Shown one piece after another: positions 1 to 9,928 of a stretch of DNA of 29,595 nucleotides (position 1 is its first letter; every line of letters starts with the position of its first letter). A model generated the notes under the pieces. That model was not told where the DNA came from, ran no database searches, and saw only the letters and a list, made by a program, of their open reading frames with translations. Origin of the DNA: Bdellovibrionota bacterium (lineage in GTDB: Bacteria > Bdellovibrionota_C > UBA2361 > JBIKWN01); assembly GCA_044356295.1 (NCBI GenBank), contig JBIKWN010000031.1:1-29595 (forward strand), read 5' to 3'. The translations under genes and the position numbers were made by a program.

Positions 1-56
1 GAAGTACGCGAAGGAGTCGATGTAATCCTTCGCGTACTTCGCGACCTTCGCGTTAC
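1..56. repeat. REP-like palindromic repeat, two head-to-head copies (first one cut by the window edge)
   Basis: 1-15 GAAGTACGCGAAGGA and 26-40 TCCTTCGCGTACTTC form a perfect 15-bp inverted repeat. 24-56 is the exact reverse complement of 29512-29544. Internal ~9-nt periodicity (CTTCGCG x3). Confidence 0.8.
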
Positions 57-235
57 TAAAAATATCTTCGATTACTTTACCGTACACTAGTGCTTTCTGT
101 TGCAAATACTCCCTAAAAATGAACGACATAATACGTTTCTTAAGAAAATCCTCCGAGTAAATAAAAAATCCCCCTCCTTAACCTATTGAAATCAATAGAC
201 TTATAGAAAATTGTGCATTTTTGTTCAAATTTCTC

Positions 236-263
236 TCAAGTTGTACATATTTGTGCACGATAG
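236..263 (+). promoter_or_regulatory. possible sigma-28 (FliA)-type promoter
   Basis: TCAA at 236-239, 16-nt spacer, CACGATAG at 256-263. Resembles TAAA-N15-GCCGATAA and lies upstream of a FlgM-like gene; imperfect match. Confidence 0.3.
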
Positions 264-353
264 CTTATTTCATGAGAGAGAAAGGGTGCTAGAGAAGAGC
301 ACTTTTTAGACCTCAAGAGAAAGAAGAATTTAATATCAAAAACGGGAGTAGAA

Positions 354-572
354 ATGGAAGCAAGAGATTATAGCGAAGAATTAGTACAAATTTTCATAGA
401 TGAGCAGGTTCAGAAATCAAAAAAAGAAAGCAACGACACAGATGCACGACGTGAAAAAATTGAGAATCTCAAAACTATGATTCGTGCTGGACTGTACAAT
501 GTTTCATCGAACCACATTGCTGAACGACTTGTTGAAGTACTTGAGAAAAATGTTCGTATTAAATTAATCTAA
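354..572 (+). CDS. FlgM-like anti-sigma-28 factor, C-terminal domain protein
   Basis: 72 aa. DARREKIENLKTMIRAGLYNVSSNHIAERL matches the FlgM C-terminal pattern R-x-e-K-v-x-x-l-K-x-x-I-x-x-G-x-Y-x-v-d-x-x-x-I-A. GGGAG RBS just upstream. Confidence 0.7.
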   Translation: MEARDYSEELVQIFIDEQVQKSKKESNDTDARREKIENLKTMIRAGLYNVSSNHIAERLVEVLEKNVRIKLI

Positions 573-618
573 TTCTAGCATGAGTGACGTATCATAATAA
601 TCAAAACGAATGACCTGA

Positions 619-649
619 ATAAAAAGCGAGCTGAGCACTCGCTTTTTAT
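619..649. terminator. bidirectional intrinsic terminator
   Basis: ATAAAAAGCGAG-ctgagca-CTCGCTTTTTAT hairpin with A/T tracts on both sides, between convergent genes. Confidence 0.8.
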
Positions 650-675
650 AACTTCAGTAATTATTAGTAGAACGA

Positions 676-2436
676 CTAACTAATCAAATCCTTGACCATA
701 TCATCAATAACTTTAAGCCCAAGTTTCCAAAACTTTGGATCCTCGAGATTAATTTTCATTGGTTCCAACAATTCTTTAGGAGTTTTCGATCCGCCGGTTG
801 CCAAAAGCTCAAAATATTTAGGAATAAAAACATTTTTTTCTACTTGATATTTTGCATACAACGCAATTGTTAACAGCTCACCAAAAGCATACGCATAGAC
901 ATAGAAAGGAGTATGAATAAAATGGGGAATGTAGCTCCACCAGTAATCATACTCAGGGGTCAACGTTACTGAATCTTTAAACACTGCGACTTGGCGCTGC
1001 CTCCAGTACGCATTAATCTGATCGACACAAAGCTCGCCCTGATCTCTGTAATGATGATGAATATCTTGTTCGAAACGATACATTGAAACTTGTCTGAAGA
1101 CAGTCGCAAAGATACTTTCAAGTTTTCCGATAATTAGGTCTCTGCGTTCAATAGGATCAGTGGTAATACTTTTTAAGTGTTCAAAAAGAAGCATTTCAGC
1201 AAAGACACTTGCAGTCTCTGCAATCGTAAGAGGTGTATCAAAATTAAAATAATTCTGTCCTGACATCAGATACGCATGAATCGCATGCCCTAGTTCATGT
1301 GCAAGAGTAAACACTTCGCGGACAGTGCCATGAAAATTCATAAAAACAAAAGGATGACTATCAGGAGTTACAAACGAGCAAAATGCCCCTCCCCTTTTCC
1401 CTTCACGGTCTGCAAAGTCAATCCATCGGTTATCAAAAAACTCTTGGGCAATTTTTCCATACGCAGGTGAAAACTTATAAAAAGAATCAAGGACTAATTT
1501 TTTAGCTTCTGCATACGAATAGATTTTTTGGGTTCTGGCAACAGGAGCATAACGATCATAATCATACAGTTTTTTTGTTTTAAGAAGCTTTGCTTTATAG
1601 CGGTAGAACTTTTGTACCGTCGGATAAAAAGACTCAACAGCCTGGCACATTGTCTCAACTGTTTTGGCTGATATTTCATTAGCAAGATGCCTTGAGCTTT
1701 CTGGTGAATCAAAATTTCTAAGTCTGTCATTAATTGACTTATCTTGCAGGAGCACATTGGTAACATAACTTAAGTGAGCAGCATCAGATTTAAGCCCTTC
1801 GGATAGTCCCTTATGCGCTTCTTTTCGGATGGATTGATGAGGGCTGTATAACTTTGCAAGGATTTCTGTCTCTGAGAGCTCAACAACTTTTTTACCATCT
1901 TTATAGTGAAATTTCTTTCGAGCAAACAACTCATCAAAGAACCGAACCCATGCCCCATTACCAGTTAAATCTTTATCGGTAAGAATATTTTCGCTGTCTT
2001 CAGGTAATCTGTGTTTTTTTGATTCGAAAAGTATCTGAAGATAATGCTTAAACTCTTTTAATTCCTTTGAAGCAATCAATTTTTTCAAAGTCGCATCAGG
2101 GAGCGCTAATATTTTTAAATCAAAAAAAGTGAGCTCTTTTCTTATTTCGCTGTACATTGTTCTAATTTTTTGAACAAAGGCTCCTCGACCTGCCGGAGTT
2201 GCTGATTCTGCGAAAAGAAGGCTTGCATAGATAACAGGCTTTGCAGCAGTAAGTTCAATTTTCTCTAGTTCATGAAAGATTTTAGCAATTTTTTTTGCAT
2301 CTGTCGGGATTGAGACTTTATATTTTCTTGAAAAGTTTTTTGCCGAACGAAGTGCTGTTTGTATGTGCGTGATTATTTTAGGGTCTTTTTGTGATGAGTA
2401 AAGATCGGAAAGGTCCCAGCTTGGTAAATTTTTCAT
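676..2436 (-). CDS. pepF: M3B family oligoendopeptidase F
   Basis: 586 aa. N-terminal WDLSDLY, KRGGAF, TLAHELGHAIH (HExxH zinc motif), AETASVFAE, WSYIPHF..PFYVYAYAFG. Confidence 0.93.
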   Translation of the reverse strand: MKNLPSWDLSDLYSSQKDPKIITHIQTALRSAKNFSRKYKVSIPTDAKKIAKIFHELEKIELTAAKPVIYASLLFAESATPAGRGAFVQKIRTMYSEIRKELTFFDLKILALPDATLKKLIASKELKEFKHYLQILFESKKHRLPEDSENILTDKDLTGNGAWVRFFDELFARKKFHYKDGKKVVELSETEILAKLYSPHQSIRKEAHKGLSEGLKSDAAHLSYVTNVLLQDKSINDRLRNFDSPESSRHLANEISAKTVETMCQAVESFYPTVQKFYRYKAKLLKTKKLYDYDRYAPVARTQKIYSYAEAKKLVLDSFYKFSPAYGKIAQEFFDNRWIDFADREGKRGGAFCSFVTPDSHPFVFMNFHGTVREVFTLAHELGHAIHAYLMSGQNYFNFDTPLTIAETASVFAEMLLFEHLKSITTDPIERRDLIIGKLESIFATVFRQVSMYRFEQDIHHHYRDQGELCVDQINAYWRQRQVAVFKDSVTLTPEYDYWWSYIPHFIHTPFYVYAYAFGELLTIALYAKYQVEKNVFIPKYFELLATGGSKTPKELLEPMKINLEDPKFWKLGLKVIDDMVKDLIS

Positions 2437-2463
2437 TAGTAGAGTTCCTTAATTGTTGCGAGA

Positions 2464-2472
2464 ATTATAGCA
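2464..2472 (-). promoter_or_regulatory. extended -10 promoter element for pepF
   Basis: TGCTATAAT on the minus strand, 28 nt upstream of the start codon. Confidence 0.5.
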
Positions 2473-2528
2473 AAACATTGATTGGAGCACGATGTGCGTT
2501 ATCAATTCCATATTGTTGAATATTCAAT

Positions 2529-2570
2529 AAAAAAACTCGTATCATTTTTTAGTATAAAAATGATACGAGT
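2529..2570 (-). terminator. intrinsic terminator after the repeat-protein gene
   Basis: 15-bp perfect inverted repeat ACTCGTATCATTTTT (2535-2549) / AAAAATGATACGAGT (2556-2570), followed by a T-run on the minus strand. Confidence 0.7.
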
Positions 2571-2596
2571 CTCAATGAAGATCTATTGAAATTTAA

Positions 2597-2896
2597 TTAT
2601 TCATCATCTGATTCAACAACAACTCTGTTACCATCTTCATCTTCTACATCAGCTTCTAAAACGTTGCCATCTTTATCCATTGATACTGTATTACCATCAG
2701 CATCTTCTGTATGGATATTTCCATGTTTATCTTCAACAACAACGTTACCATCTGCATCTGCTACGGCAGTATTACCATGTTTATCTTGTGATACAGCTAC
2801 ACCTTTCTTAGCATCGTATACGGTAACCGTTTCAGCTGATACAAAATTAACTGCTAACAAAACTGAAAATCCAAGAATTAATAAAGTTTTTTTCAT
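2597..2896 (-). CDS. small secreted acidic protein with D-x-[DH]-G-N repeats
   Basis: 99 aa. Signal peptide MKKTLLILGFSVLLAVNFVSA, six DKHGN/DADGN/DKDGN/DEDGN motifs mostly at 9-aa spacing, AAGGAG RBS upstream. Confidence 0.8.
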   Translation of the reverse strand: MKKTLLILGFSVLLAVNFVSAETVTVYDAKKGVAVSQDKHGNTAVADADGNVVVEDKHGNIHTEDADGNTVSMDKDGNVLEADVEDEDGNRVVVESDDE

Positions 2897-2996
2897 CTAG
2901 CTCTCCTTAATAGCTTTTTAAAAATCTGGAACATTATGCAAATTAAATTATCACCTGTAAATCAAAAAAGATCATCGCACATCGCGCAGTTTTAGA

Positions 2997-4463
2997 TTAC
3001 AAAAACCAAACTACACTTCGAGCGCACTGATATATCTGAGTCGGATACAAACCAAGTGTAATACAAAAAACAGCACTAATCGCTAATACGGCTCGCTGTA
3101 AAAGTGAACAATCTTTCACAGGTGACTCACTATTTGGTGACATAAAATACATCGCAACAATGATTCTTAAATAGTAATAGCAAGAAACAGTAGAACCAAG
3201 CATTGCAATGACTGTTAATCCAATATACCCAGCTGAAACAACAGAGCTAAATACAAAAAATTTACCCAAAAGACCTGCAAGCCCGGGAGGCAGCCCTGCC
3301 AATGTAAACATAAATAAAGAAAGTACGAGCGCCAACACTGGATTGGATTTGGATAAACCATACAGCGAAGAGATATCGTAAGATACTGAACCATGAGGGG
3401 CTTTAAGAGTTGAAAGAACAGCAAATGCTCCAAGAGTCATCGCTGAATACGAAATCATATAGAAGAGAATCGCAGCTCCGCCTCCGAGCTCATCGGTAGG
3501 TGCTAAAAATGCTGCTAAAATATATCCGGCATGGGCAATACTTGAATAGGCAAGCATACGCTTAACATTTCGTTGACGAAGTGCAAGTAAATTACCAAGA
3601 GTGATTGTCATAATAGAGACTGCCCAAATATAAGGGCTCCACTCTGCGATATGTGCAGGAAAAATACCCCAAAGTACACGAATGAGGGCAAATACAGCGC
3701 TGGCTTTAATCACGGTAGCCATGTAAGCAGTCACAGAAATCGGAGCTCCTTGATACACGTCAGGTGCCCAGAAGTGAAATGGAACTGCTCCGATTTTAAA
3801 CAAAAGACCCATCAATACAAATCCAAGTCCAAGCATAAGAACACTTGATTGGTTTGAAACAATTGATGCAGCAATTTCAGGTATAAAAAGTGAACCACTA
3901 ATACCGTATAAAAGTGCAATCCCGTACAACAGGAACGCGGAACTAAAGGAGCCTAAAAGAAAATACTTCAGAGCTGATTCACTAGACTCTCTTTTTGCAA
4001 TTGCAGAACCGCAAAGGCAATAGAGCGCCATCGACATGATTTCAAGACCAAGGAAAAGCGAGATGAGCTCTCTTGCATTACAAAAAAGCAGCGCCCCAGC
4101 AGATGACATAAGAAGGAGTGCATAAAATTCACCAGGTGATTCTATCCCCTCATCCTGGGTTTTTTCTGAAGTTATAAAAATAACAAGCAGAGTTGCTAGT
4201 GAGATAAATAGGGATGAAAAGAGGAATAATGAATCAGAATATACGATCCCATGAAAACTAGTTCCTTGATGAATATAATAAGGATCATTGAAAAGGGCGC
4301 ACACACCTGAAAAAATGACGAGCAATGAGGCCACATTTGCTCTACTCCATTGAGTCTTAATCAAGACATCAAGGATGAGCATCAGAATTCCACCAAGCCC
4401 CAAAATCCAAAAAGGTAATGTACGAATTATATCATCAAACATAAGTAATCCACTGATCATCAT
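2997..4463 (-). CDS. nuoN: NADH-quinone oxidoreductase subunit N
   Basis: ESALKYFLLG, FKIGAVPFHFWAPDVYQGAP, KRMLAYSSIAHAGY; last gene of the nuo run. Confidence 0.95.
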   Translation of the reverse strand: MMISGLLMFDDIIRTLPFWILGLGGILMLILDVLIKTQWSRANVASLLVIFSGVCALFNDPYYIHQGTSFHGIVYSDSLFLFSSLFISLATLLVIFITSEKTQDEGIESPGEFYALLLMSSAGALLFCNARELISLFLGLEIMSMALYCLCGSAIAKRESSESALKYFLLGSFSSAFLLYGIALLYGISGSLFIPEIAASIVSNQSSVLMLGLGFVLMGLLFKIGAVPFHFWAPDVYQGAPISVTAYMATVIKASAVFALIRVLWGIFPAHIAEWSPYIWAVSIMTITLGNLLALRQRNVKRMLAYSSIAHAGYILAAFLAPTDELGGGAAILFYMISYSAMTLGAFAVLSTLKAPHGSVSYDISSLYGLSKSNPVLALVLSLFMFTLAGLPPGLAGLLGKFFVFSSVVSAGYIGLTVIAMLGSTVSCYYYLRIIVAMYFMSPNSESPVKDCSLLQRAVLAISAVFCITLGLYPTQIYQCARSVVWFL

Positions 4464-6043
4464 TAAACGGATTTTTTAGCTTCAACTTGAACATTAATTT
4501 GATCGGTCATTTTTCCTGATTCAAGTAATCCCCTCCGCGACTCAACCATTTCAATATATGAAGTAATTGATTGCTCCATTGGCTTCAAGAAAAGATTTGG
4601 GAAGATTCCCATAACAAACACAAGGATGAGTAACGGGATAAATGTTGCAAGCTCTCGATTATTAACATCAGTTAAGTCACCATTTTTTGACTCATCAAGT
4701 TTTCCAAAGACACACGCCTTGTACACTGTAAGCATATAGACAGCTCCAAGGATGACACCTACAACAGCAATACAAACATGAACTGGAAGAGCTTCAAATG
4801 ATCCTAGAAGGATAAGAAATTCACCAACAAATCCATTGGTAAGAGGCAGAGCAATTGAACTTAATGTAAACACGAGGAAAAAAAATGCAAAAACTGGGAC
4901 TTTCGATGCCAGCCCACCGTAGTCAGCAATCAAACGAGTATGTTTACGGTCATAAAGTACTCCCACCAGTAAAAACAAAGCAGGAGTTGAAATCCCATGG
5001 TTTAACATCTGATAGATAGAACCTGATACAGATGTTGTCGTAAAAGCAACAAAACCAAGAACACAATACCCAAGGTGTGACACGGATGAATATGCAATAA
5101 GTTTCTTAATATCTTTCTGCGCCCAAGCGACAAGCGCTCCATAAATAATGCCGATCACAGCAAGTGTCGCTAAGAGTGGAGTAAACTCTTCGGCAGCTCG
5201 TGGGAAAAGTGGATATGCAAAACGAATAAATCCGTAAAGTCCCATTTTGAGTAGCACTCCGGCAAGAACGACCGAACCCCCTGTTGGTGCTTCAACGTGT
5301 GCATCAGGAAGCCATGTATGAAAAGGAAATATTGGAACTTTAATACCGAAGGCAACAGCAAAAGCTGCAAAACAGAGAAGCTCTTCCGATAACGTAAGAT
5401 TAGTGTGATGAATTAATGTCGCCAGATCGTATGTAAAGAATCCATACTGCTTATAGTGAGACCAGATAACAAAGAAGATCGCAACAAGCATCAAAAGGCT
5501 TCCTACGACTGTATAGAGAACAAATTTTAACGTCGCATAAATTTTTCTCTTACCGCCCCATATACCAATTATAAAGTACATAGGTGCTAACATTAATTCC
5601 CAGAACACATAGAACAAGAAAACATCAAGTGAAACTAATGTGCCAAGCATTGCAGTTTCAAGTAACAGCATATTAGCAAGATACCCACGTACTTTGGTTT
5701 CAACAGAATTACTTGCAAGTATGATTAAAGGCATTAAGAACGTTGTGAGGATGACAAGCCACAGACTAATCCCATCAACTCCGAGGGAATATTGAATGCC
5801 AAATGCAGGAATCCAATTTGCTTTCTCTGTAAACTGCATTGATGCATCAGGGACAAAGCCCTTAACCAGAAGGAGACTTATTGCAAATGTAAAAAGTGTA
5901 ACGATGAGTGAAAAGAAACGCGCCTTGTTTGCAGGCATTTCCTCATCATTTGGATTTGAAAAAGAAGGCAGCAGATACAAAACGAGAGCACCCAAAGCTG
6001 GAAGCCAAACGATTGTAGAAAGAAGTGGAAACGATCCCAACAT
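4463..6043 (-). CDS. nuoM: NADH-quinone oxidoreductase subunit M
   Basis: LFYVFWE, KVPIFPFHTWLPDAHVEAPTGGSVVLAGVLLKMG, KKLIAYSSVSHLG. Confidence 0.96.
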   Translation of the reverse strand: MLGSFPLLSTIVWLPALGALVLYLLPSFSNPNDEEMPANKARFFSLIVTLFTFAISLLLVKGFVPDASMQFTEKANWIPAFGIQYSLGVDGISLWLVILTTFLMPLIILASNSVETKVRGYLANMLLLETAMLGTLVSLDVFLFYVFWELMLAPMYFIIGIWGGKRKIYATLKFVLYTVVGSLLMLVAIFFVIWSHYKQYGFFTYDLATLIHHTNLTLSEELLCFAAFAVAFGIKVPIFPFHTWLPDAHVEAPTGGSVVLAGVLLKMGLYGFIRFAYPLFPRAAEEFTPLLATLAVIGIIYGALVAWAQKDIKKLIAYSSVSHLGYCVLGFVAFTTTSVSGSIYQMLNHGISTPALFLLVGVLYDRKHTRLIADYGGLASKVPVFAFFFLVFTLSSIALPLTNGFVGEFLILLGSFEALPVHVCIAVVGVILGAVYMLTVYKACVFGKLDESKNGDLTDVNNRELATFIPLLILVFVMGIFPNLFLKPMEQSITSYIEMVESRRGLLESGKMTDQINVQVEAKKSV

Positions 6044-6055
6044 ACAAAAAAATCT

Positions 6056-7972
6056 CTAATAAATCAGATAGACAGCCGTTAAAAAAACAGTACCCATAAA
6101 TATAAACAATGCATAATGACGAATCTGACCAGATTGCGTTGTTCGAAGAACTTCACCACCTACTTCCATTACTGCACCCGATGCATTAACAGCACCATCA
6201 ATAATGCCTTGGTCAAAAAATATAAAAAATATCGACGCAATTTTTTCAAGCGGTCGAACAATAAAAAATCCGTATAACTCGTCTAGATAGAATTTATTCT
6301 GCGATAGTTTTGTGAGTGGGAATGCAAGAGTTCCTATAATGCGAGGAATAGAAGGCACGAGAAGATAAAGAATAAATCCAACCGCTACACCTGCTATGCC
6401 CGTCCAGCTTGCCAACAATGACTCAAGTAATGACTCGTGATGATCATGAACATGGTGCCCAAGAACAGGAGCAAGATATTCTTGCAGGGGAAGATACCCA
6501 CCCACTATAGCTAAACCAGATAGTATGATGAGTGGTAGGGTCATTCGAAGTGGCGATTCGTGTGGATGTGCATGCCCACGATACGAGCCAAAAAATGTCA
6601 TCGCTACGGACCGAGCCATGTAAAATGCAGTCATAAATGCAGTAATTTTTGCAATCATAACCAGCATGGGAATATAAGGTCCGACTAAACTATTATCGAA
6701 ATGAGAAAGAGCTTCTAAAATGGCATGTTTAGAAAAATACCCTGAAAGTGGTGCTATACCTGCTATCGCTAATGTAGAAATGAGGTAGGTTATAAACGTT
6801 AGTGGCATCTTTTTCCATAACCCACCCATATGCCTCATATCTTGTTCATGGTGACATCCATGAATCACCGAACCGGCACCAAGGAATAAACACGCTTTAA
6901 AGAATGCATGTGTGACAACATGAAACAGTGCTACCCAGTACAACCCTGCCCCTGCTGCCATAAACATAAAGCCAAGTTGTGAAACAGTAGAGTATGCAAG
7001 AACTTTTTTAATATCGTTCTGTGTAATTGCTATAAACGCAGCAATAAAAGCAGTAAGGGTTGCAATAATAACAATTACTCCTTGTACAACTGGTGCAGCA
7101 TCAAAAAGTGTATGAAGCCTTGCCATCATATAGACACCGGCTGTAACCATCGTTGCAGCATGAATAAGAGCCGAAACAGGAGTTGGACCAGCCATGGCAT
7201 CAGGAAGCCAAACAAAGAGAGGAAGCTGAGCACTTTTTCCAGTTGCACCAATAAATAAACCAAGTGCAGCTAAAACGAGAACAGATTGTAATGCTGGAGA
7301 AGCTGCAAGTGCACGAGGGATTGAATCATTGAGAGCAGCAAAATCAATTGTTCCAAAATGGTAAAACAAAATAAATGTTCCAAGCAAAACTCCTGCATCA
7401 CCAATTCTGTTCACAACAAAAGCTTTTTTTCCTGCAGAAGCATAAGCACTATTGGTGAACCAAAAACCAATCAGTAAGTAACTACAAAGCCCTACTCCCT
7501 CCCAGCCAACAAACATAACCAAAATATTGGATCCTAAGACAAGAAGGAGCATCGAAAATAAAAATAAATTCAAATATGAAAAGAAACGATGCACTGACTC
7601 ATCCTCTTCCATATAACTTGTCGAATACAGATGAATTAACGAACCGATACCTGTAATCACTAAACACATCACTGCAGTGAGGCGATCGAAAGTAAAAGAG
7701 AAACTTGCATTAAAATTATCTACTGAAATCCAAGAAAAAAGATTCTGTACATACGAACTATTTCCAGGAAGCGATAAAAAAAGATTTACCGTTACAACAA
7801 AAGAGGCAACTGCTGCTAGTGTTGCAATAATACCAGCAAGAGAATGTTTTTTCTTCCCGATAACGAAAGCCAATAATGAACCTAACAGAGGAAATAATGG
7901 AATCAGAGCAAGACTTGATATCTCAATCTGAGTCAGTACGTTTGAAATCGCATTAGTTGTAGTATGTTCCAT
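6056..7972 (-). CDS. nuoL: NADH-quinone oxidoreductase subunit L
   Basis: GWEGVGLCSYLLIGFW, GKSAQLPLFVWLPDAMAGPTPVSALIHAATMV, THAFFKACLFLGAG. Confidence 0.96.
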   Translation of the reverse strand: MEHTTTNAISNVLTQIEISSLALIPLFPLLGSLLAFVIGKKKHSLAGIIATLAAVASFVVTVNLFLSLPGNSSYVQNLFSWISVDNFNASFSFTFDRLTAVMCLVITGIGSLIHLYSTSYMEEDESVHRFFSYLNLFLFSMLLLVLGSNILVMFVGWEGVGLCSYLLIGFWFTNSAYASAGKKAFVVNRIGDAGVLLGTFILFYHFGTIDFAALNDSIPRALAASPALQSVLVLAALGLFIGATGKSAQLPLFVWLPDAMAGPTPVSALIHAATMVTAGVYMMARLHTLFDAAPVVQGVIVIIATLTAFIAAFIAITQNDIKKVLAYSTVSQLGFMFMAAGAGLYWVALFHVVTHAFFKACLFLGAGSVIHGCHHEQDMRHMGGLWKKMPLTFITYLISTLAIAGIAPLSGYFSKHAILEALSHFDNSLVGPYIPMLVMIAKITAFMTAFYMARSVAMTFFGSYRGHAHPHESPLRMTLPLIILSGLAIVGGYLPLQEYLAPVLGHHVHDHHESLLESLLASWTGIAGVAVGFILYLLVPSIPRIIGTLAFPLTKLSQNKFYLDELYGFFIVRPLEKIASIFFIFFDQGIIDGAVNASGAVMEVGGEVLRTTQSGQIRHYALFIFMGTVFLTAVYLIY

Positions 7973-7980
7973 AAAACCTT

Positions 7981-8283
7981 TTATGCTCGAAGCTCCGATG
8001 CATCTGGAGTCTCAATTGACTTTGATGCTCTAAACACAGAGATAATAATAGCAAGCCCAACTGCGGCTTCTGCTGCAGCAACGACCATTACAAAAAAAAC
8101 TGCTATTTGACCGGATAAATCACCCCAGTTTCTTGCGAATGCAACAAACGAAAGGTTCACGGCATTAAGCATAAGCTCAATACACATAAAGACGACGATT
8201 GCATTTCTTCTGACGAGCACACCGAGTGCGCCGAGCCCAAAAAGTATTGCTGAAAGGGTTAAAACAAGTTGAGTAGAGATCAT
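7981..8283 (-). CDS. nuoK: NADH-quinone oxidoreductase subunit K
   Basis: 100 aa; [30 protein letters not shown]. Confidence 0.96.
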   Translation of the reverse strand: MISTQLVLTLSAILFGLGALGVLVRRNAIVVFMCIELMLNAVNLSFVAFARNWGDLSGQIAVFFVMVVAAAEAAVGLAIIISVFRASKSIETPDASELRA

Positions 8284-8768
8284 CGGAATTTCCTTTTAGC
8301 AAGCATGACTGCTCCAGCAACTGCAGCCATTATCAAAATTGAAGCAGCTTCAAATGGGAATACGTAATTCGTGTACAATTCTTTCCCAAGCGCCTGCATT
8401 GAACCATTAAAATTTGGATTTACTGCATGGAACTGAGAAAAAGCACTGTGAATAATTGGAACCCCAAAGTACAAGAATAAACCACCTGCTACAAAGCAGC
8501 TTATTATAAAAATTCTAGAGATTTTTTTAGGTGCTTCTTCTTTAATATTAAGAAGCATCAGAACAAACACAACAAGTACCATGACAGCACCTGCATATAC
8601 GATAATTTGAACAGTCGCTAAAAAATGTGCATCGAGAAGTGCAAACATCGCAGAGATACCCATCATATTAGTAATCAATGATAAGGCACTGTGAAGTGGG
8701 TTATGGAAGAAGAGTACTCCAAGAGCACTCACTAAAAGAAGAACACTAAGAATTACAAATGCTGTCAT
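8280..8768 (-). CDS. nuoJ: NADH-quinone oxidoreductase subunit J
   Basis: [26 protein letters not shown]. Confidence 0.95.
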   Translation of the reverse strand: MTAFVILSVLLLVSALGVLFFHNPLHSALSLITNMMGISAMFALLDAHFLATVQIIVYAGAVMVLVVFVLMLLNIKEEAPKKISRIFIISCFVAGGLFLYFGVPIIHSAFSQFHAVNPNFNGSMQALGKELYTNYVFPFEAASILIMAAVAGAVMLAKRKFR

Positions 8769-8770
8769 CT

Positions 8771-9928
8771 CTATCTACTAAGCTCCCATGCTGCTGCAAC
8801 TACAAGATTTACCATACTCAGTGGAAGTAAAATCTTCCATCCAAGATTCATCAATTGATCGTATCTAAAACGAGGAAGCGTCCACCGAATAACAATTTGA
8901 AGAACACAAAAGAAGATAACTTTTGCCATCAACACGCCGTGACCGATTAGGGCTACCCACCAAAGACCATCAGGAAGGGCTACAAAAGGAATGTTCCACC
9001 CACCAAAAAACAGGATCACCATAACAAACGAGAAGAGTGCAATCTCTGCAAATTCACCAAGCCAAAATATCAAAAATTTCATTCCTGAATATTCAGTAAA
9101 ATATCCAGCGACGAGTTCAGATTCACTTTCAGGAAGATCAAATGGCGCACGCTTTGTTTCAGCCATTCCTGCAATAAAAAATGCAACCATTGCAATAAAT
9201 CCAGTACCTATATTCCTAAATACACCCCAATTAAAAATACTTCCCTGTTGAAGTTCTACAATTTTAAAAAGATCCGGTGTTCCGTAAAAAATAATTATAG
9301 TAACTATTGAAAGTCCAAGCGCTAATTCATAAGAAATCATCTGTGCAGCTGCTCTCAAGGCACCTAACAATGAATACTTGTTATTACCTGTCCATCCGGC
9401 AAGTGCGACTCCGTAAACAGCAACTGATCCCATAGCTAAGAAAAAAAGAATTCCAACATCAATTGGTGCTAGTTGAGGACGTATGACGATGCCGAAAGCT
9501 GTAAACTCGGGAGCAAAAGGAAGAATAGCAAATGAAACAAAAACAGGAAGCACTGCCAAAAATGGTGCAAGAGAATGCATAAAGTTAGACACTCCCTCTG
9601 GAACGAAATCTTCTTTAAACAATCCTTTGACAGCATCATTAACAAGAGTATTTATAATTCCAAGTTGACCAGCAATTTTAATTCCCATCACAGCAGGAAG
9701 AAGTAGAGCATAGGTAACAGGAGCACCAAGAGGTCGTAGGTATGGTGGAAAACTTCGAACAATACCTAAGTTAAAATCAAAATATGCTCCTGCACGGTTG
9801 GCACCGATTCTATCTTGAATAAGTGCTGAACCCTTTCTTTCAGCCCACGTACAAAAAGAGGCAAGACCCATTATGATATTGAAAACAAGGAATAGCTTGA
9901 TTGCAAAAATTAATAACTCAATCCCCAT
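8771..9928 (-). CDS. nuoH: NADH-quinone oxidoreductase subunit H
   Basis: ERK...Q.R.G.NR, LGALRAAAQMISYE, AETKRAPFDLPESESELVAGYFTEYSG, RWTLPRFRYDQLM. Confidence 0.95.
   Translation of the reverse strand: MGIELLIFAIKLFLVFNIIMGLASFCTWAERKGSALIQDRIGANRAGAYFDFNLGIVRSFPPYLRPLGAPVTYALLLPAVMGIKIAGQLGIINTLVNDAVKGLFKEDFVPEGVSNFMHSLAPFLAVLPVFVSFAILPFAPEFTAFGIVIRPQLAPIDVGILFFLAMGSVAVYGVALAGWTGNNKYSLLGALRAAAQMISYELALGLSIVTIIIFYGTPDLFKIVELQQGSIFNWGVFRNIGTGFIAMVAFFIAGMAETKRAPFDLPESESELVAGYFTEYSGMKFLIFWLGEFAEIALFSFVMVILFFGGWNIPFVALPDGLWWVALIGHGVLMAKVIFFCVLQIVIRWTLPRFRYDQLMNLGWKILLPLSMVNLVVAAAWELSR

Noticed and set aside
2586..2900. 104-aa Ser/Thr-rich plus-strand ORF
   Set aside because: Antisense shadow of the repeat protein, which has the signal peptide, RBS and terminator.
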